DNA of 64,000 nt from Cirrosporium novae-zelandiae (GCA_026023565.1 JAPETS010000007.1:62001-126000); one strand, 5' to 3'. Positions 12,391 to 25,547 are shown, counted from the first letter of the stretch. The notes: generated by a model not told the origin, from the letters alone. Numbers and translations: made by a program.

Positions 12391-13717
12391 ATGGCCACCA
12401 CCACTACCACAAACGCTCTCCCGCTGACAAGAGATTCTGTTCTCTCTGCTCACGCCCTCATAAAACCATTTGTCCACCGCACTCCTGTCATAACCTCTCA
12501 CATCATTAATGCGCTCGCCTCAACCCCGCAATCCCCCACTTCTTTAGTCGGCACGCGCTTCTCGGGCAAACAACCAACGAAACCGAAGATCAATGTTTTC
12601 TTCAAATGCGAGAATTTTCAAAGGGTGGGTGCGTTTAAAAGTCGAGGTGCTTTTCATGCTTTGAGCCGACTAGGGGATGAAGAGGTTAAAAAGGGTGTTG
12701 TTACGCATAGTTCAGGTTGGTGAATACATATATATATGTATATATTTTTTTTATATTCTTATTTTCTGTTCTTAAAGGGAGTAGGCCCTTCAATTGAGCA
12801 GTAAGGATAGACTAATTGAGATATCGATTCTTAATTTAGGGAACCATGCACAAGCCCTCGCCCTCGCGGCTCGCACTCGTGGCATTCCTGCCTATATAGT
12901 CATGCCCAGCATCTCTACACCCTCCAAGATCGCAGCAACGCAAGGCTACGGTGCCAACGTGATATTTAGCGGATCCACCTCGCAAGAGCGCGAAGCTGTC
13001 GTAGCAGAAGTCATCAAGAAGACCGGCGCCTTGCTGATTCCCCCATATGATCATCCAAATATTATACTCGGACAAGGAACCACGGGTCTAGAATTGGAAG
13101 AACAGGTTAAGGAGTTGGTAGCGGGGGATTCCACTTTGAGTGTTCATAGTAAGAAGCAGGGGGGAACGCTGGACGCCGTCATAAGCCCTTGTGGCGGCGG
13201 GGGGCTCCTTTCCGGCCTCGCAACAGCTTTCTCCCCAACCCTCACTCTTGTTTTCGGCTCCGAGCCCTCCTTCCAGGGCGCTGATGATGCGCGTCGCTCT
13301 CTCCATTCAAACTCCCGTATCGACACTGTTAAGACCCTAACTATAGCTGACGGCCTCCGAACACCCCTGGGCGAGATTCCCTGGTCTGTCATCACCGCTA
13401 CACCTGCAGGTCTCAAGCCTCACGCTCAACACAACAGAAATGTTGAGGACATATTTACGGTGACGGAGCAGCAGATCAAGGATGCGATGAGGTTGCTGCT
13501 TGAGAGAGTGAAAATTGTGGTGGAGCCGAGTTCCGCGGTACCGTTGGCGGTAATCTTGTTCAACGAGGAGTTCAGAGCACTTGTAGAGAAGGAGGGTGGT
13601 GAGGAGGGGTGGGATGTGGGCGTTATCTTGAGTGGTGGGAATACGAGCATTGAGGCCATATCAAGATTGTTTGCTGAGGGCGAGTCGGATGGGAACGAGG
13701 GAGATAAAAGGAATTAA
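12391..13717 (+). CDS. PLP-dependent fold-type II enzyme (serine racemase / threonine-serine dehydratase, Sry1-like); exons 12391-12715, 12840-13717
   Basis: FFKCENFQRVGAFKSRGA (PLP lysine), THSSG|NHAQA across the intron, IPPYDHPNIILGQGT, PCGGGGLLSG, TIADGLRT, VEPSSAV, ILSGGN. No C-terminal ACT regulatory domain. Confidence 0.9.
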
Positions 13718-15463
13718 CGGGGGGGGGATAGCTAGATGGTGGCACATGGAATAATTATAATTTATAGGTAGAATACTAAATGTGTATAGAATTCATTGAT
13801 CTACTATGTTTCAACCCTTCCCCGCTGAACTATCCAAAACCAAGGAAGGGAAGTCCGATCATCTACTTAGACCATAAGCAATGGGACTTGGTAAACACTC
13901 TAGAGTATTGAATTCATTGAAAAATCAGGCCTTCAGCAATTCATAAAATGCACTTGTGTTGAACTCGAGGGTATTAACGTTGGCCTATCCATAAATGCCA
14001 AGCCCTAAACCATCTAAAAGGAAGCTCCATATGAAAAAAGCGGAACGAATACATTGGGGGGGAGTCATAACAAAGATATATGTATGCCCTTGCCCTATCC
14101 CCAAGGTAGGAAACTCATAGCGGTCACCAATAACATGGTGACAGACTGAGCAAGGCGTTCAATATATGAACAATAACAGGGCTGGCTTATCAAAGAATTT
14201 TAAGAAAGTTAAATAGCGCGAGGTTAATAATGGGATGGATAGATGGAAGCAAACAGGATAATAAAAAAGAAAACATTTTGAATAGTTATTATGATGAAGA
14301 TGTTAGTTAGGTAGGTAGACTCACCATATGCATTTTATTTTCTTAAGCTCTTCCGCATTCACTAATTATTCGTACATGTACACATCGTCTTCAACGGTAC
14401 GGTTCGATCCACAACTACCTACCTACCCCAGATATTAGTTAATTGGGTTCCATTCTCGAATGCAGAATTAATTCCTTTAATCGTTGAAAGTAGATCGTTA
14501 ACATGCCAACCTCCCCCCCCAAAGAAACGTCAAAATGTTGGTAATATAGATTGAATCTAAGTCTAGTAATGCCTACAACAGCAATAACAGTGGATTAATT
14601 CATCATACAGCACCCGGCCGGCATCGAGGTCCCAATTTCTAGTTCCACAAAAAAATCAAAGCCAATATAGACGAAGGTTTCTAAGCTAGCTACTAGATTA
14701 TTATCCCCAGGAACTCGTTTGATAATGTCATCTCCTTTCCTCCCACCCACCTGCAACTCTGCTTACGTTTAAGTACATGAATCGTTATTTCCACCCGCTT
14801 ACTCGCGTTAAAGGCAGTAAATGTATCTGAGAGAAAAAAAAAACGATCTAGGCGTACTTGCGTTTGGGCTGAAACCATGGCGACTTTCCAAGGATACAAT
14901 GGTGGCAAAAAAAAAGCTCATATACTTCAGCTGTCTTGGATGGGTTGCTCCTAGGGAAATTTCACTAAGAGAATGAGATGGCGGGTGAAAGGACATGAAA
15001 AAAAGCATATGGATGATACTGTGCCTAGTGAGAGAGAAAATATTACGATATGCACAACGGTCGCCTTCTTCTTCTAGGCCTAGAAGGACAGAATCTATAC
15101 GATGGCAATTTTGGGGAATAAAGGTGCAAAATTGAGTAAATGGTGTTTGCTCTAGATGCAAGACATTCATACATGGTAATGAAGCGGATTAGGCGAAGGC
15201 CCTGAAGAAGGAGGATATTTGCCGATCGTATTGAGCAAAGTGATAGCTGTGCTTGAATTGTGCTCCTAATCTGGACGGGTATGTATGTTGACTTGAAGCT
15301 AGGGTCGTCGGGGGGGGTAGAGAGGAAGGCCGTGCAGCAGTGATGAGGTATTTAAATTGATGGGAGATTTTTTGACGGGGGCGGTTTTATATCTATTGCC
15401 CCATGTCACCGTCTAGAACTGCCCCTTATATATTCTACACCATGCATGCCAACGTCCTCGATC

Positions 15464-16194
15464 CTAGTCTCTGCAAAGCTCTTGTAGGTGAAATTGTGGT
15501 TCGCCTGGATACTCTTCTAAATCTCTAATTGGGGTGAAGTCGGCTGGTATCCCAAGATATTCTTTTAAATGCAATAACAAGCGAAAAGCGCTATTGCCAT
15601 TGAGATAATATCGGTGTAGACGTTTGCTTCTAAGAAAGCCCAGTCGCTCGTAGAGCCTCATAGCAGCCGTATTGTCAACCTCAGTCTCCAGTGCAACCTG
15701 TTCTAACTCGTTAGCCTAATGTTTTGACTAAAAAAGACTAGTGGTCGGGGCAATGTGCTGACCTCGTCTGCGTTACGCTCAATCATGGCATCGATGGCCA
15801 TACGGACTAACTTAGTCGCGATACCTTTTCCCCGATGTTCTTTTTTAGTTGCAAGCATTGCGATATATCCCCTCAATGGACCTCCGCGGTGATGCTCCAG
15901 TTTCGAAACAACAACACCAATAAGGTCATTTTGGTCATCGAGGGCCTGGCAGAGGCATTAGCTGCCAGGGAAAGATGGAAGTTTAGGCGGATTGCGACGA
16001 CTAGCCATGAAACATAGATCTCCCCATTGATAGAGAAAGTAGCGATAGACAAAAATACTGTAAGGTTCAGATAAATCTTTTGAGATCAGCCGACGAATGG
16101 CAGGAAGATATTCCGGCTCTTTGCTGCTCTGATACCGGACATAATGGATTTCAGCAGGCTTCGGCGATTTAATAATGTCGCTTGTGCCTGACAT
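15464..16194 (-). CDS. MAK3: N-alpha-acetyltransferase 30 (NatC catalytic subunit); exons 16194-16006, 15945-15763, 15697-15464
   Basis: [57 protein letters not shown] (acetyl-CoA motif), [33 protein letters not shown]. The first intron has to be GC-AG. Confidence 0.92.
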
Positions 16195-16687
16195 CTGTCA
16201 ATTATGCCTCGCCGATCAAAGATTATCGTGATTGTTGAGGGGGGAGGTAAATGGTGGTGGTGGGTTTACTATGCGAAAATGCTTCACATGCTTAGAAAAG
16301 ATTGGGTTTGAGTCGTTGACATTTGGGAAAGTGACATGTCTGGCTGGCTGTCGGGGTCGGTCATTCAAAAACTTGGAGGGCGGCGCCGATGTCATTTTCC
16401 GGGCCTAATTCTGTAAGTTACTAAGCGCATCGGATACCTGCTGTACATCCGCTTCCGTATGGTCCCTCGGGCCTGATAAGTGGCGCGGGGGGAAACCACC
16501 AGTGAGTGCTACCTATGGTTGCACCTGAGCTTTGAAGGCCACATGCCTAATAGAAGCACTCTGAATTATTTCTTTTAATTACCTACTCACGTACTTCCTC
16601 CTTAATCTTTCAAATGTGTGATATTTCAACCTGCTTTGTTGAAAATAAGCTCGTTCTCAGGTGAAGGCTTTCAACGTGCTCGGCGTA

Positions 16688-18709
16688 ATGTCATCCTTAC
16701 GTCGTCGCATATTCGGTCATTCAACCCCAGATCTTACTCTCTCTAGAGATGGAACTCCAGACACGAACGAGGAAGTACAATTAGTTCCAATCTCAAAACT
16801 GAAAAATCTCACCCACAAACCGAGCAAAAGACGCAACGGGCTCATCTTTGGCCTTGGGGGATTATTTGGTGTTTTGTTGGCTGCCTTCTTTGCTCAACAA
16901 AATGAAGTCATTAATTTCGAAGGCTTGATGGATATGAATCTGGACTCGTTGATTGAAGTTCTACCTCCTGGATTGATGAAAGATGCCAAAGACATTCAGG
17001 TTGGGACTGCCTCCTCCTACATGTTTGTGAGGCTTTCGCCAGTGTTCAAGTGGGCTAATGGTTTGTGCTTTCTGGTCCCTCTAGCAACATGGACGAGATG
17101 CTATTAACTATGATTCCTTTTCTATTGGGCTTCATCTGCAATCGCAGGGTATATCAGCGTTGCATCCAGTCATTATGGTACCAGGCGTTATTTCGACAGG
17201 CCTTGAAAGCTGGGGCACAGAAGTACACTCACGCCCGTACTTCCGGAAAAGATTATGGGGCAGTTGGACCATGATGAAAGCGCTTGTTACGGATAAACAA
17301 GTCTGGAAGAAACATATTATGCTAGATAAAGAGACGGGCCTGGACCCTCCTGGTATCAAACTCCGGGCAGCTCAAGGCTTCGACGCAGCAGATTTTTTCA
17401 TCACGGGTTACTGGATATGGAACAAGATATTAGAGAATCTTGCTACAATAGGTTATGATCCTACAAATGCATTCACCGCGGCCTATGATTGGCGTCTATC
17501 TTATGGGAATCTTGAAGTACGGGATCAGTATTTCACACGGCTGCAGTCATACATCGAGACGGCTGTCAAGACTTCAAACCATAAAGCTGTTATTGTATCG
17601 CATAGTATGGGATCGCAAGTGGTATTCTATTTCTTGAAGTGGGTCGAAGCTAAAGGCTATGGAGGTGGTGGTCCTGATTGGGTGAATACTTACATTGATT
17701 CATGGATCAACATCAGTGGTTGTATGCTTGGTGCTTTAAAGGGGGTACCAGCTGTATTGTCAGGTGAAATGAAGGATACCGCTCAACTTAATTCGTTTGC
17801 CGTATATGGCCTGGAAAAATTTCTAGCCAAGGAAGAAAGAGTCGAAATATTTAGGGCAATGCCCGGCATCTCCAGTATGCTCCCTAAAGGAGGGAATGCG
17901 GTATGGGGAAATCGAACCTGGGCACCCGACGATCGTCCCGGTCAAGTGATTAGTTACGGTAACTTCATCAATTTCAAGGAAAGCAACTTTTCACACTCAC
18001 CACCTAACCTAACCGTCGACGAAAGCCTCAACTACCTACTGGAAAAGAGCGATACATGGTATCGGGATCAGGTTCTCCATAGCTATTCTCATGGAGTAGC
18101 TCATACCCAGAAGGAAGTCGAGAAGAACGAAAATGACCCTCGAAAGTGGATCAACCCATTGGAGAGCAGACTCCCTCTAGCCCCCGACTTCAAGATCTAT
18201 TGCTTCTATGGCATTGGAAAACCCACCGAGAGAAGTTATTTTTACCGTGAGGAGCAAGATCCTCTCCGAAAGCTAAACGTTACGATTGATACAGGATACT
18301 CAGAAGCGGAGGTGGACCATGGCGTCGTCATGGGCGAGGGTGATGGTACTGTCAACTTGCTAAGTAGTGGCTATATGTGTAGTAAGGGGTGGAAAATGAA
18401 CAGGTATAATCCTGCTGGGGTGAAAATCAAGGTGTATGAAATGCCTCATGAGCCAGATCGATTCTCTCCGAGGGGTGGACCTAATACTGGTGAGTTTTGC
18501 TTTACTAGTCACATGAAGACGAATCGCGATTTAATATTCTCTGTATCAATCTAACAAAAATAGGTGATCATGTTGATATCCTTGGACGAGCAAGTCTAAA
18601 TGATCTTATCCTACGAGTAGCGGGAGGGCGAGGCGATCAGATCGAGGAAAACTACATTTCCAACATACGAGAATATGCAGAGAAAGTAGAGATATATGAT
18701 GATAAATGA
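16688..18709 (+). CDS. LRO1: Phospholipid:diacylglycerol acyltransferase (PDAT, LCAT family); exons 16688-16999, 17085-18489, 18564-18709
   Basis: N-terminal TM segment (GLIFGLGGLFGVLLAAFF), HPVIMVPGVISTGLESW, AAYDWRLS, lipase nucleophile SHSMGS, GEGDGTV, GDHVDILG. Confidence 0.94.
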
Positions 18710-19156
18710 TGGCTATATAGATTAAAGAAAAAGGGATGCGAAGGGAGTTATTATGATAAATATGTGAAATAGAGGCTTCTACGATGATATTGGCTTAGAG
18801 AAAATGGAATATGATACCACGGTTGGATGGGATATGATGGCGCATTGGGGGATGTTGGTTCCTGATGACGAGATGCATGTAGACACGTCAGCTAGTATGT
18901 GTTTGTGCATGGTAATGAAATATTATTGATGACTACAATGTGGTTGTGACTCCAAATCAGTGATGTAGTCAATCTAGAATTTGGTCACCTTGCCAACAAT
19001 CAGTTTCACGTACCACCGATTTCACCAACTACTAAAAGATTGTAGTCTATAGGTTTTCCTGTTAAGTTTTATCCTGAATTTATTTTTGAGTATTCTACTA
19101 GGCACCCATGGCACCCTTCTGGGTATGTACCTCCGGCATTCACACATACACTGATA

Positions 19157-19408
19157 CACTGGGGGAACCTTGAAGTGCCGCCCGATTTTGTATGGAGCCT
19201 CACTAAAAAACAGAAGTCTTGTAAAGTTTATATTTAATATATTTTTGATAAAAAATTAAACCTTTAATTGCTATACAGTAATAAATTGATCTACGCTTAA
19301 TTCTTTAAAAAAACATATTTAAAAATACTAAATATAAATTTTACAAGACTTCTAATTTTTGGTGAGGCTCCATATAAAATCGGGCGGCACTTCAGGGTCT
19401 TCCTGGTG
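19157..19408. mobile_element. MITE (non-autonomous Tc1/mariner-type DNA transposon), 252 bp, 80-bp imperfect TIRs, TA target-site duplication
   Basis: 19157-19236 aligns without gaps to the reverse complement of 19329-19408 with 69/80 identity. TA lies at 19155-19156 and 19409-19410. The interior is AT-rich and non-coding. Confidence 0.9.
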
Positions 19409-20705
19409 TAGTTTCCAGTCGGGATATAATGATGTTCCGGAGTATTCCGTGCCAAAACTACCTAGGTAGACAACTAGATTTACATGTACCGTACTTTTCA
19501 TACAATTTATATCTTTAGATAACACCTAGATTATATATATTGCACGTGACTATCACATGATTATCATCTACCCCGCTGCAGATATGTCTGCAGTGCTGTG
19601 AGCGCCTACCTTATAGATTCTAGACCTCAGTCATCAATTCCAAGACCAGTTATACCCCTAAATTTAAGTATCTTAGGCTTATACCGGGAACCTTCTCAAG
19701 TACCTTCAGAACCAACCTAGGTGGTTAATTAATCAATCAAATAGACGAGATGCCATGATGCATTCCGAATCAATGGGAAGCCCTGTCGTTGAGAACCGGA
19801 ATCACATGATTTAGCCACCTCATTATTCCTTCATCTGAATAGGCTAGAATAAGGCAAGTGGTGGGAAAGTCCAGTGAGCCCCGCCCTCAATCACTGATTA
19901 TGGTTAGTGACATGAGTGCGACAAAAATATTGGAAAACCTAAGGGAAATGCTAATTGGGAATGGCATAATGGGTATTCCATTTGGTGGCGAAGGTACGCA
20001 AATATTCGTCATGGTATAAAAGTAAAGTGGAAGGGAAGCACGGAAGGCGTGTTTGGAAAATGGGCGAATGGGTAGGATTCGTGGGTGGATACGCAATGCA
20101 ACAGTTTATTTATCGATAAGAGAGAGACAAGACCCCTCTAGTTAACGAGCTGAAGAAATTATAATCTGAGAGAGGCTTCCACGGCTTCTCATTTGTCATG
20201 TGTACCTGAAAACCATGTACCTTTTTACACAATCATGTACCTTTTTTGGTGTGGCCCACTTGTGCCACTTGTGCCTTGCGTGAGACGGTTTTTGATAACC
20301 GGCAGCCAATGAGTGCATGGTAATCACAAGGAGGGGGAGTCCATATAATTCCCTCCACTTATACACTTTCAACACTTCGACGCCCGATGGTACAGGACTA
20401 GACATGTTCTCGCTTACTTGGCGTTGGCCCACCTTTTTTTTTGCTCTCCTCATTCTCGTGTGTGGGTTTACGATCCAAGGCGAGGGAAAATTCTACAAAC
20501 CACAGATCTGACTTTATTAATTATTGTTGTTGGGGGGCTTTTTTTTGGATTTTGTTTTGATTATTGTGTGGGAAGATTGCCTACGAGGATGAAGCCTGTT
20601 TTAAAGATTTGAGTGGCGGGTCTTCACCGCTATTCGACACATGTACCTGACCAAGGCACTGGCTCAAGGTACCTGGTTGAATAATCCAAGGTACTTACCC
20701 AGGTA

Positions 20706-20759
20706 CCTGAACCTGAACCTGAACCTGAACTTGAACCTGAACCTGAACCTGAACCTGAA
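20706..20759. repeat. Hexanucleotide microsatellite (CCTGAA)4 CTTGAA (CCTGAA)4
   Basis: Directly visible: nine units, the central one variant. Confidence 0.95.
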
Positions 20760-22150
20760 CTCCAAACACCATCTTTTCTAATTAACACATGTAGAATATC
20801 CTCAGCTACTGTCAAGTATCCATTTGTATAATGATCGTTCCATCTACGATATTAGTTTGATTAATTTGCATTTTTCTTTCTTTCCTCAGGTTCTTTAACA
20901 TCTATTCAAGATCTCTATCTATCCGGTTAATATTATAAAAAACAAAACAAAACAAATAATAATTAAAAAAAACCATGACATGGATCACAAGCACAACTTA
21001 AATGATACATCAGAGGTACCAGCAAAGTACAGTACCAAGAGAATATAACCCAAAGATAAGGATATTTCGGATTGATTATTGTTGCTGATGTTGAACACGT
21101 ACATTTTCTACTGCGGGGTTTGTGTGGTTAAAAGGATCGGGAATAGGAAGGGGACTTTTCGACTTTCTTAGATTTTCTTCGTCATCCAGTGTCTTTGTCT
21201 TTCTGGTTGGCAGTAGTTTAGTTCCTGGTCCCATCCATCGTCAATCTTGACTTTCGCACCGACCTTGGCGGCTTTTAGCTTCCAACTTGGTTAGTTTAGC
21301 AGTGGTCAGTGGTGAATTAGTTAATAACTTATTAGTGACCATCTCTTGAGCATCTTCTCTTGCCCTGCCCCTCTCTCCTTCCCCCCCCCCCCTCCCTCCA
21401 CCCCTCGCTCATTAAAGCTTTTGGGTTTCAGATTATTCTATCTATGTTGCGACAACCTCCATCCCACATCATCTCTCATCCATCCATTTCTTACCACCCC
21501 CCTCTTCAACCGGCCATCCGAATATACCAACCTCCCTTCCCAATCCAAATTCTGGCCACACTGACCCGCACTGCGTCTTTTCTCTTCTGTATCACTCTAA
21601 CCATCTTTATTTGCTTTATCTTTGTCCCTCTTCGACTCGCTGAACTTTCCAGCGTCTAAGTTGCCGCCTCCCAAGGATTCCCCAAATCCTGCACCGCCAG
21701 CCGAACAGCCGCCTTATCTGACCTGACACGTTCAATCTCCACACCATCTTCTGTTCATCACGGTCGATCCCCGAATTCATTCATCATTCATGGCATCAAC
21801 AATCTAACTCCCACCGTTGTGCTCGTTGAACCTCCCTCCTCCTACCTGCGTCCTCGGATACCTACCATTGACTGACCCGATCCTCTTATCATTGCGCAAC
21901 CCGAGTGTGTCGTTCGGGCACTTGCAGCATTACAGTAACGTGCAGTAAAACATCGAATCCTCAATCCCCGGGCGCCGCTATATATCGACCAAATAAGGCA
22001 AAGAGCTCTTTGAAATTGTCCGGATCCATATTGTCCGTAGACTTTTACCCTCCAACTCACAGTTGGTTTTCAAAGGCTCCTCCATTGGAACCGGTGTCAT
22101 AGGCTGACCAACCTACAAATAAAACATTAAGAAAGGACTAGGATCTGGGA

Positions 22151-24430
22151 ATGGCCACATTTCACCCCATTAATACCGACATGTCGCAAAACGCAATGAT
22201 GGAGTTTAAGCCTGGCCCAAATACACCGACTACACCGCGCCCTCATACCTCTCCAGCGGCGCAAGGCACACCTCATATCCAAACACCTGCTGTTATATCT
22301 GAAAGATCTTCGTCCTTCGAGCTGAATGGATTATCTGGCCAAATGCCCCTCCCCAGTTCGCCTTTTCCGTCCAATATCGCTGCTCGACCAGGAACAAGTT
22401 CAGACTGCCCCAAACCACAGCTTCCAAGCCGAGAAAACTCCCATAAGTCGGTGCAGTCGGTAGGGTCTCGCGCCGAGCTGGACCATTCTGACGATGATCA
22501 CGAAGTTTCGGAAAACGAATCGGACCCCGAATCCGGGCGGCCATCAAAAAAGAAGAAGGGACAAAGATTTTTTTGTACAGACTTTCCTCCTTGCACGCTT
22601 AGCTTTACGCGAAGTGAGCATCTAGCTAGGCATATCAGGTATATATTAGACCTTTCTGTTTTCCCGCATTGTACTAATATTTGCGTAGAAAACACACAGG
22701 AGAACGCCCATTTCAATGTCACTGCGCTCGACGCTTCTCTCGTCTCGATAACTTACGGCAACACGCACAAACTGTACACCAGCATGAGGAAATCCCTAAT
22801 GATTCACTGGCCGCAAGTGGAACCAGATTTCAGCGGCAAATCCGAACAGATCGAGTTAGGGCGGCCGGAGGTCGCTCACGGGCATCAACCATGGGTAGCA
22901 CAGGCAGCCACGGTCGTGGACATAGTAGAAATTTATCGGCATCAAGCATCGCCTCGACAACCTCAAATATAAGCCAAAGAGATGATGGACGGCGGCGGCC
23001 TCCTCCTCTAATCATGGCTAATGAGCATTCGGCGCATCGAGCTAGGCTGTCCTTAGATAGCCTAGGTTCCAACCCAACAACGCCTCCTGGACAATATTCT
23101 ACACTGGCTACGCATTCTCCCGGTGGTTTCGGTACTCCTACTTCTACGACATTCTCTGGGGGAACCATGAGCCCAGGATATGGCTCCACCCTTGGATCAC
23201 CCATATCATCCATTCCTCGAAACCCTGGTGGGTATTGGGGAAACAGGACTCCAGGGCGGCGCCTGTCAGTTCCAACAGGAGCAAATCCATTTCAGCCTCC
23301 ACAAGGCAATACTTATCCCCCCCCACATGTCAGTCCCCTTCCATCCTCATCAAATACATCGGTGGTAGCAAACAACAGCGTCTATGCAAGCCCTGTGTCT
23401 TCCAACTTTACTTTTACCAGGAACAACCCCATTTCTGCCGCTGACGCTGAATTGCGACGACGGACATGGCATCCTTCAACGTACTCTAGCCATCCTAGAC
23501 CAGCTACAAGCGGCTTGAGTTACTATCAAACCCCTGACAACCCTCAACCTTCATTTGCAACTCATGCAACTGCTGCGGCTAATCAACCTCCACGATTACC
23601 TGGCATTGAGAGCTTTGATCAAATACAATATCAGCCAAGGACTCCGCCGCGGCGTAGGGAGCCGAGCCCCATGCAAATAGACACTCCCAGCCGTATAACA
23701 GGGCGCCCGAACCTTACAGAACAAGCTGTTAATCCTTCAGAGTCTAGACGAGGTCACGCAAGCCATGTATCCTGGGACATGTCTCTGCATAGAAACCTTA
23801 CTCGGTTGGATATTACTGGCGGCACTCCTCCAAAAGAAACCGGCTCCTGGGGCCAGCAAGTTGTAGGAGAGTTACAGAATGTAGCTGCCAGGGCTGCAGC
23901 TCCGCACAATTATACCTATCCACCGCAGGTCACACCATGGGCCCACCAGGAGAGCCGTCCTCAGCCAACGGAGCCTCATCTAGTGCAACAACCAGTAACT
24001 CCTCGTGAGCAAAAGAGACATGCATGGTATCAAGGGCCTGTACCAACTCAACAAAATTCCGCTTATAGGCGTTCACCAGAGGATTCTAGCAGCAGTGAAG
24101 GGGTGCCTACGCCATCCACATCTGCCCTTGAGTACTATCCAGCTATTGTTCATAGCAATGGCTATGTAGAGTCTCATCATGTCCCAGCAGCTGAAGCTAC
24201 TCAGGAGGTAAAGATCCAATATATTCCCTCAATATGGCAATGAATAACCGTATTTTATGCAGGCTTGTGCACCCCGTCCAACAAACGGTTCGAGCTTTCG
24301 TCTTCCAGATGATTCAAGCCAAAGAGTTCTGGTTCCCGAAATCCCTCCGGTCAACAATGACATGGGTCGTCTCGAAGCCTTGGTTGCTGTAGCTACAAGT
24401 GAGGAGAAGGCTGCTACAACATCTTACTGA
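22151..24430 (+). CDS. nsdC: C2H2 zinc-finger transcription factor, NsdC (Usv1/Rgm1-like); exons 22151-22638, 22689-24207, 24263-24430
   Basis: Tandem fingers [81 protein letters not shown]-terminal [15 protein letters not shown]. Confidence 0.85.
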
Positions 24431-25547
24431 CGAATTTGCCTCTACCTTTCTCACCCTTCTTCGATACACGAAGAAGATTTAAGCCATGAGCTTATATTAT
24501 AGTTGAGATCTTTTATTACTGTGATGATACCATGACGAATTTTTCCTTACCATTATTATAACGAAGTGATGACCGATAATTCATCTACTATTTGGTGTGC
24601 ATGATACCCATGAGTGATGAAGACGGAGGACACCTGTACGGGTCTTTCTTTCTAGGTTGCAAATGGAACTGGACAATCGATTCTTACTGACTGGTTTAGC
24701 GGGCGTTCTGGTTTTCCACTACGGAACGTGGTTCTGACGAGACGACCTACACGAGAAACTTGATTAGGTTGATGGTGTGGATGGTTTTATGATTATTACA
24801 TGCATTATGGTATGATGTTGAAGCGTTGAGCTCCCCCTTTTGCTTGTTTACTTTTTCTATGTTTTCTGGATATCTGCTTGCTTATCTCGTGATCACATCC
24901 CGATTATGCTATTGGCTCTTCGGAGAACACGACTCAGATGATATACCATTTGATTTTCAATGACCGGATCGGTGATGTTGTACTTTCGATGCGCTCTTCC
25001 ATTCCGGTTCGGCTTCGCTTCTCTCTCGTCCCAATAGTTTTCTCCTACACTTGCAACGGCCTATCGTGAGGGCTCTCAAGACTCTCAAATCACTCTCTTC
25101 TCTTGGAACATCTAGTGATTACTAGCAAGTTAGTTTTGCGATGAGGTCTTTGGTGGGACCACATTCTGCAGATTTGCACTGATATACATATAATATACCC
25201 TCGATTTAAATATATTGCAGCTTTCTGTTTTCATATTTCCATAGCCGTTACGATTGGTGATAGGTAGATGAATGAATTTTGGAGATGGTGGTATCTCTCG
25301 CGGCAAGATGCTGTGGTCTATCGAAGCATGAAAGGATCTAATATATCGTCACGATATATATTCATTTTTTGAGGATATTGATGGTTCCTCGGCTATTATG
25401 GGTAATTAAAAATGGAGAAAAGGGAGTAAAACTAGACGATAATATATGATGGCGCTTAATGTTAGAGTCCTTGGGTCCTCGGTTGTTGATAAAGTTAAGA
25501 TCCATGAGATGGATTAGTAATGGCCTAATGGGACCCAACTACCTCCC

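Noticed and set aside
20630..20815. ORF with an SGSGSG tract
   Set aside because: Only the translation of the CCTGAA microsatellite; non-ATG start and no gene context.
24614..24690. GTGATGA...CTGA resembling a C/D snoRNA
   Set aside because: Lies in the nsdC 3' UTR where TGATGA recurs; no convincing terminal stem or recognisable rRNA guide. A snoscan/Infernal run would settle it.
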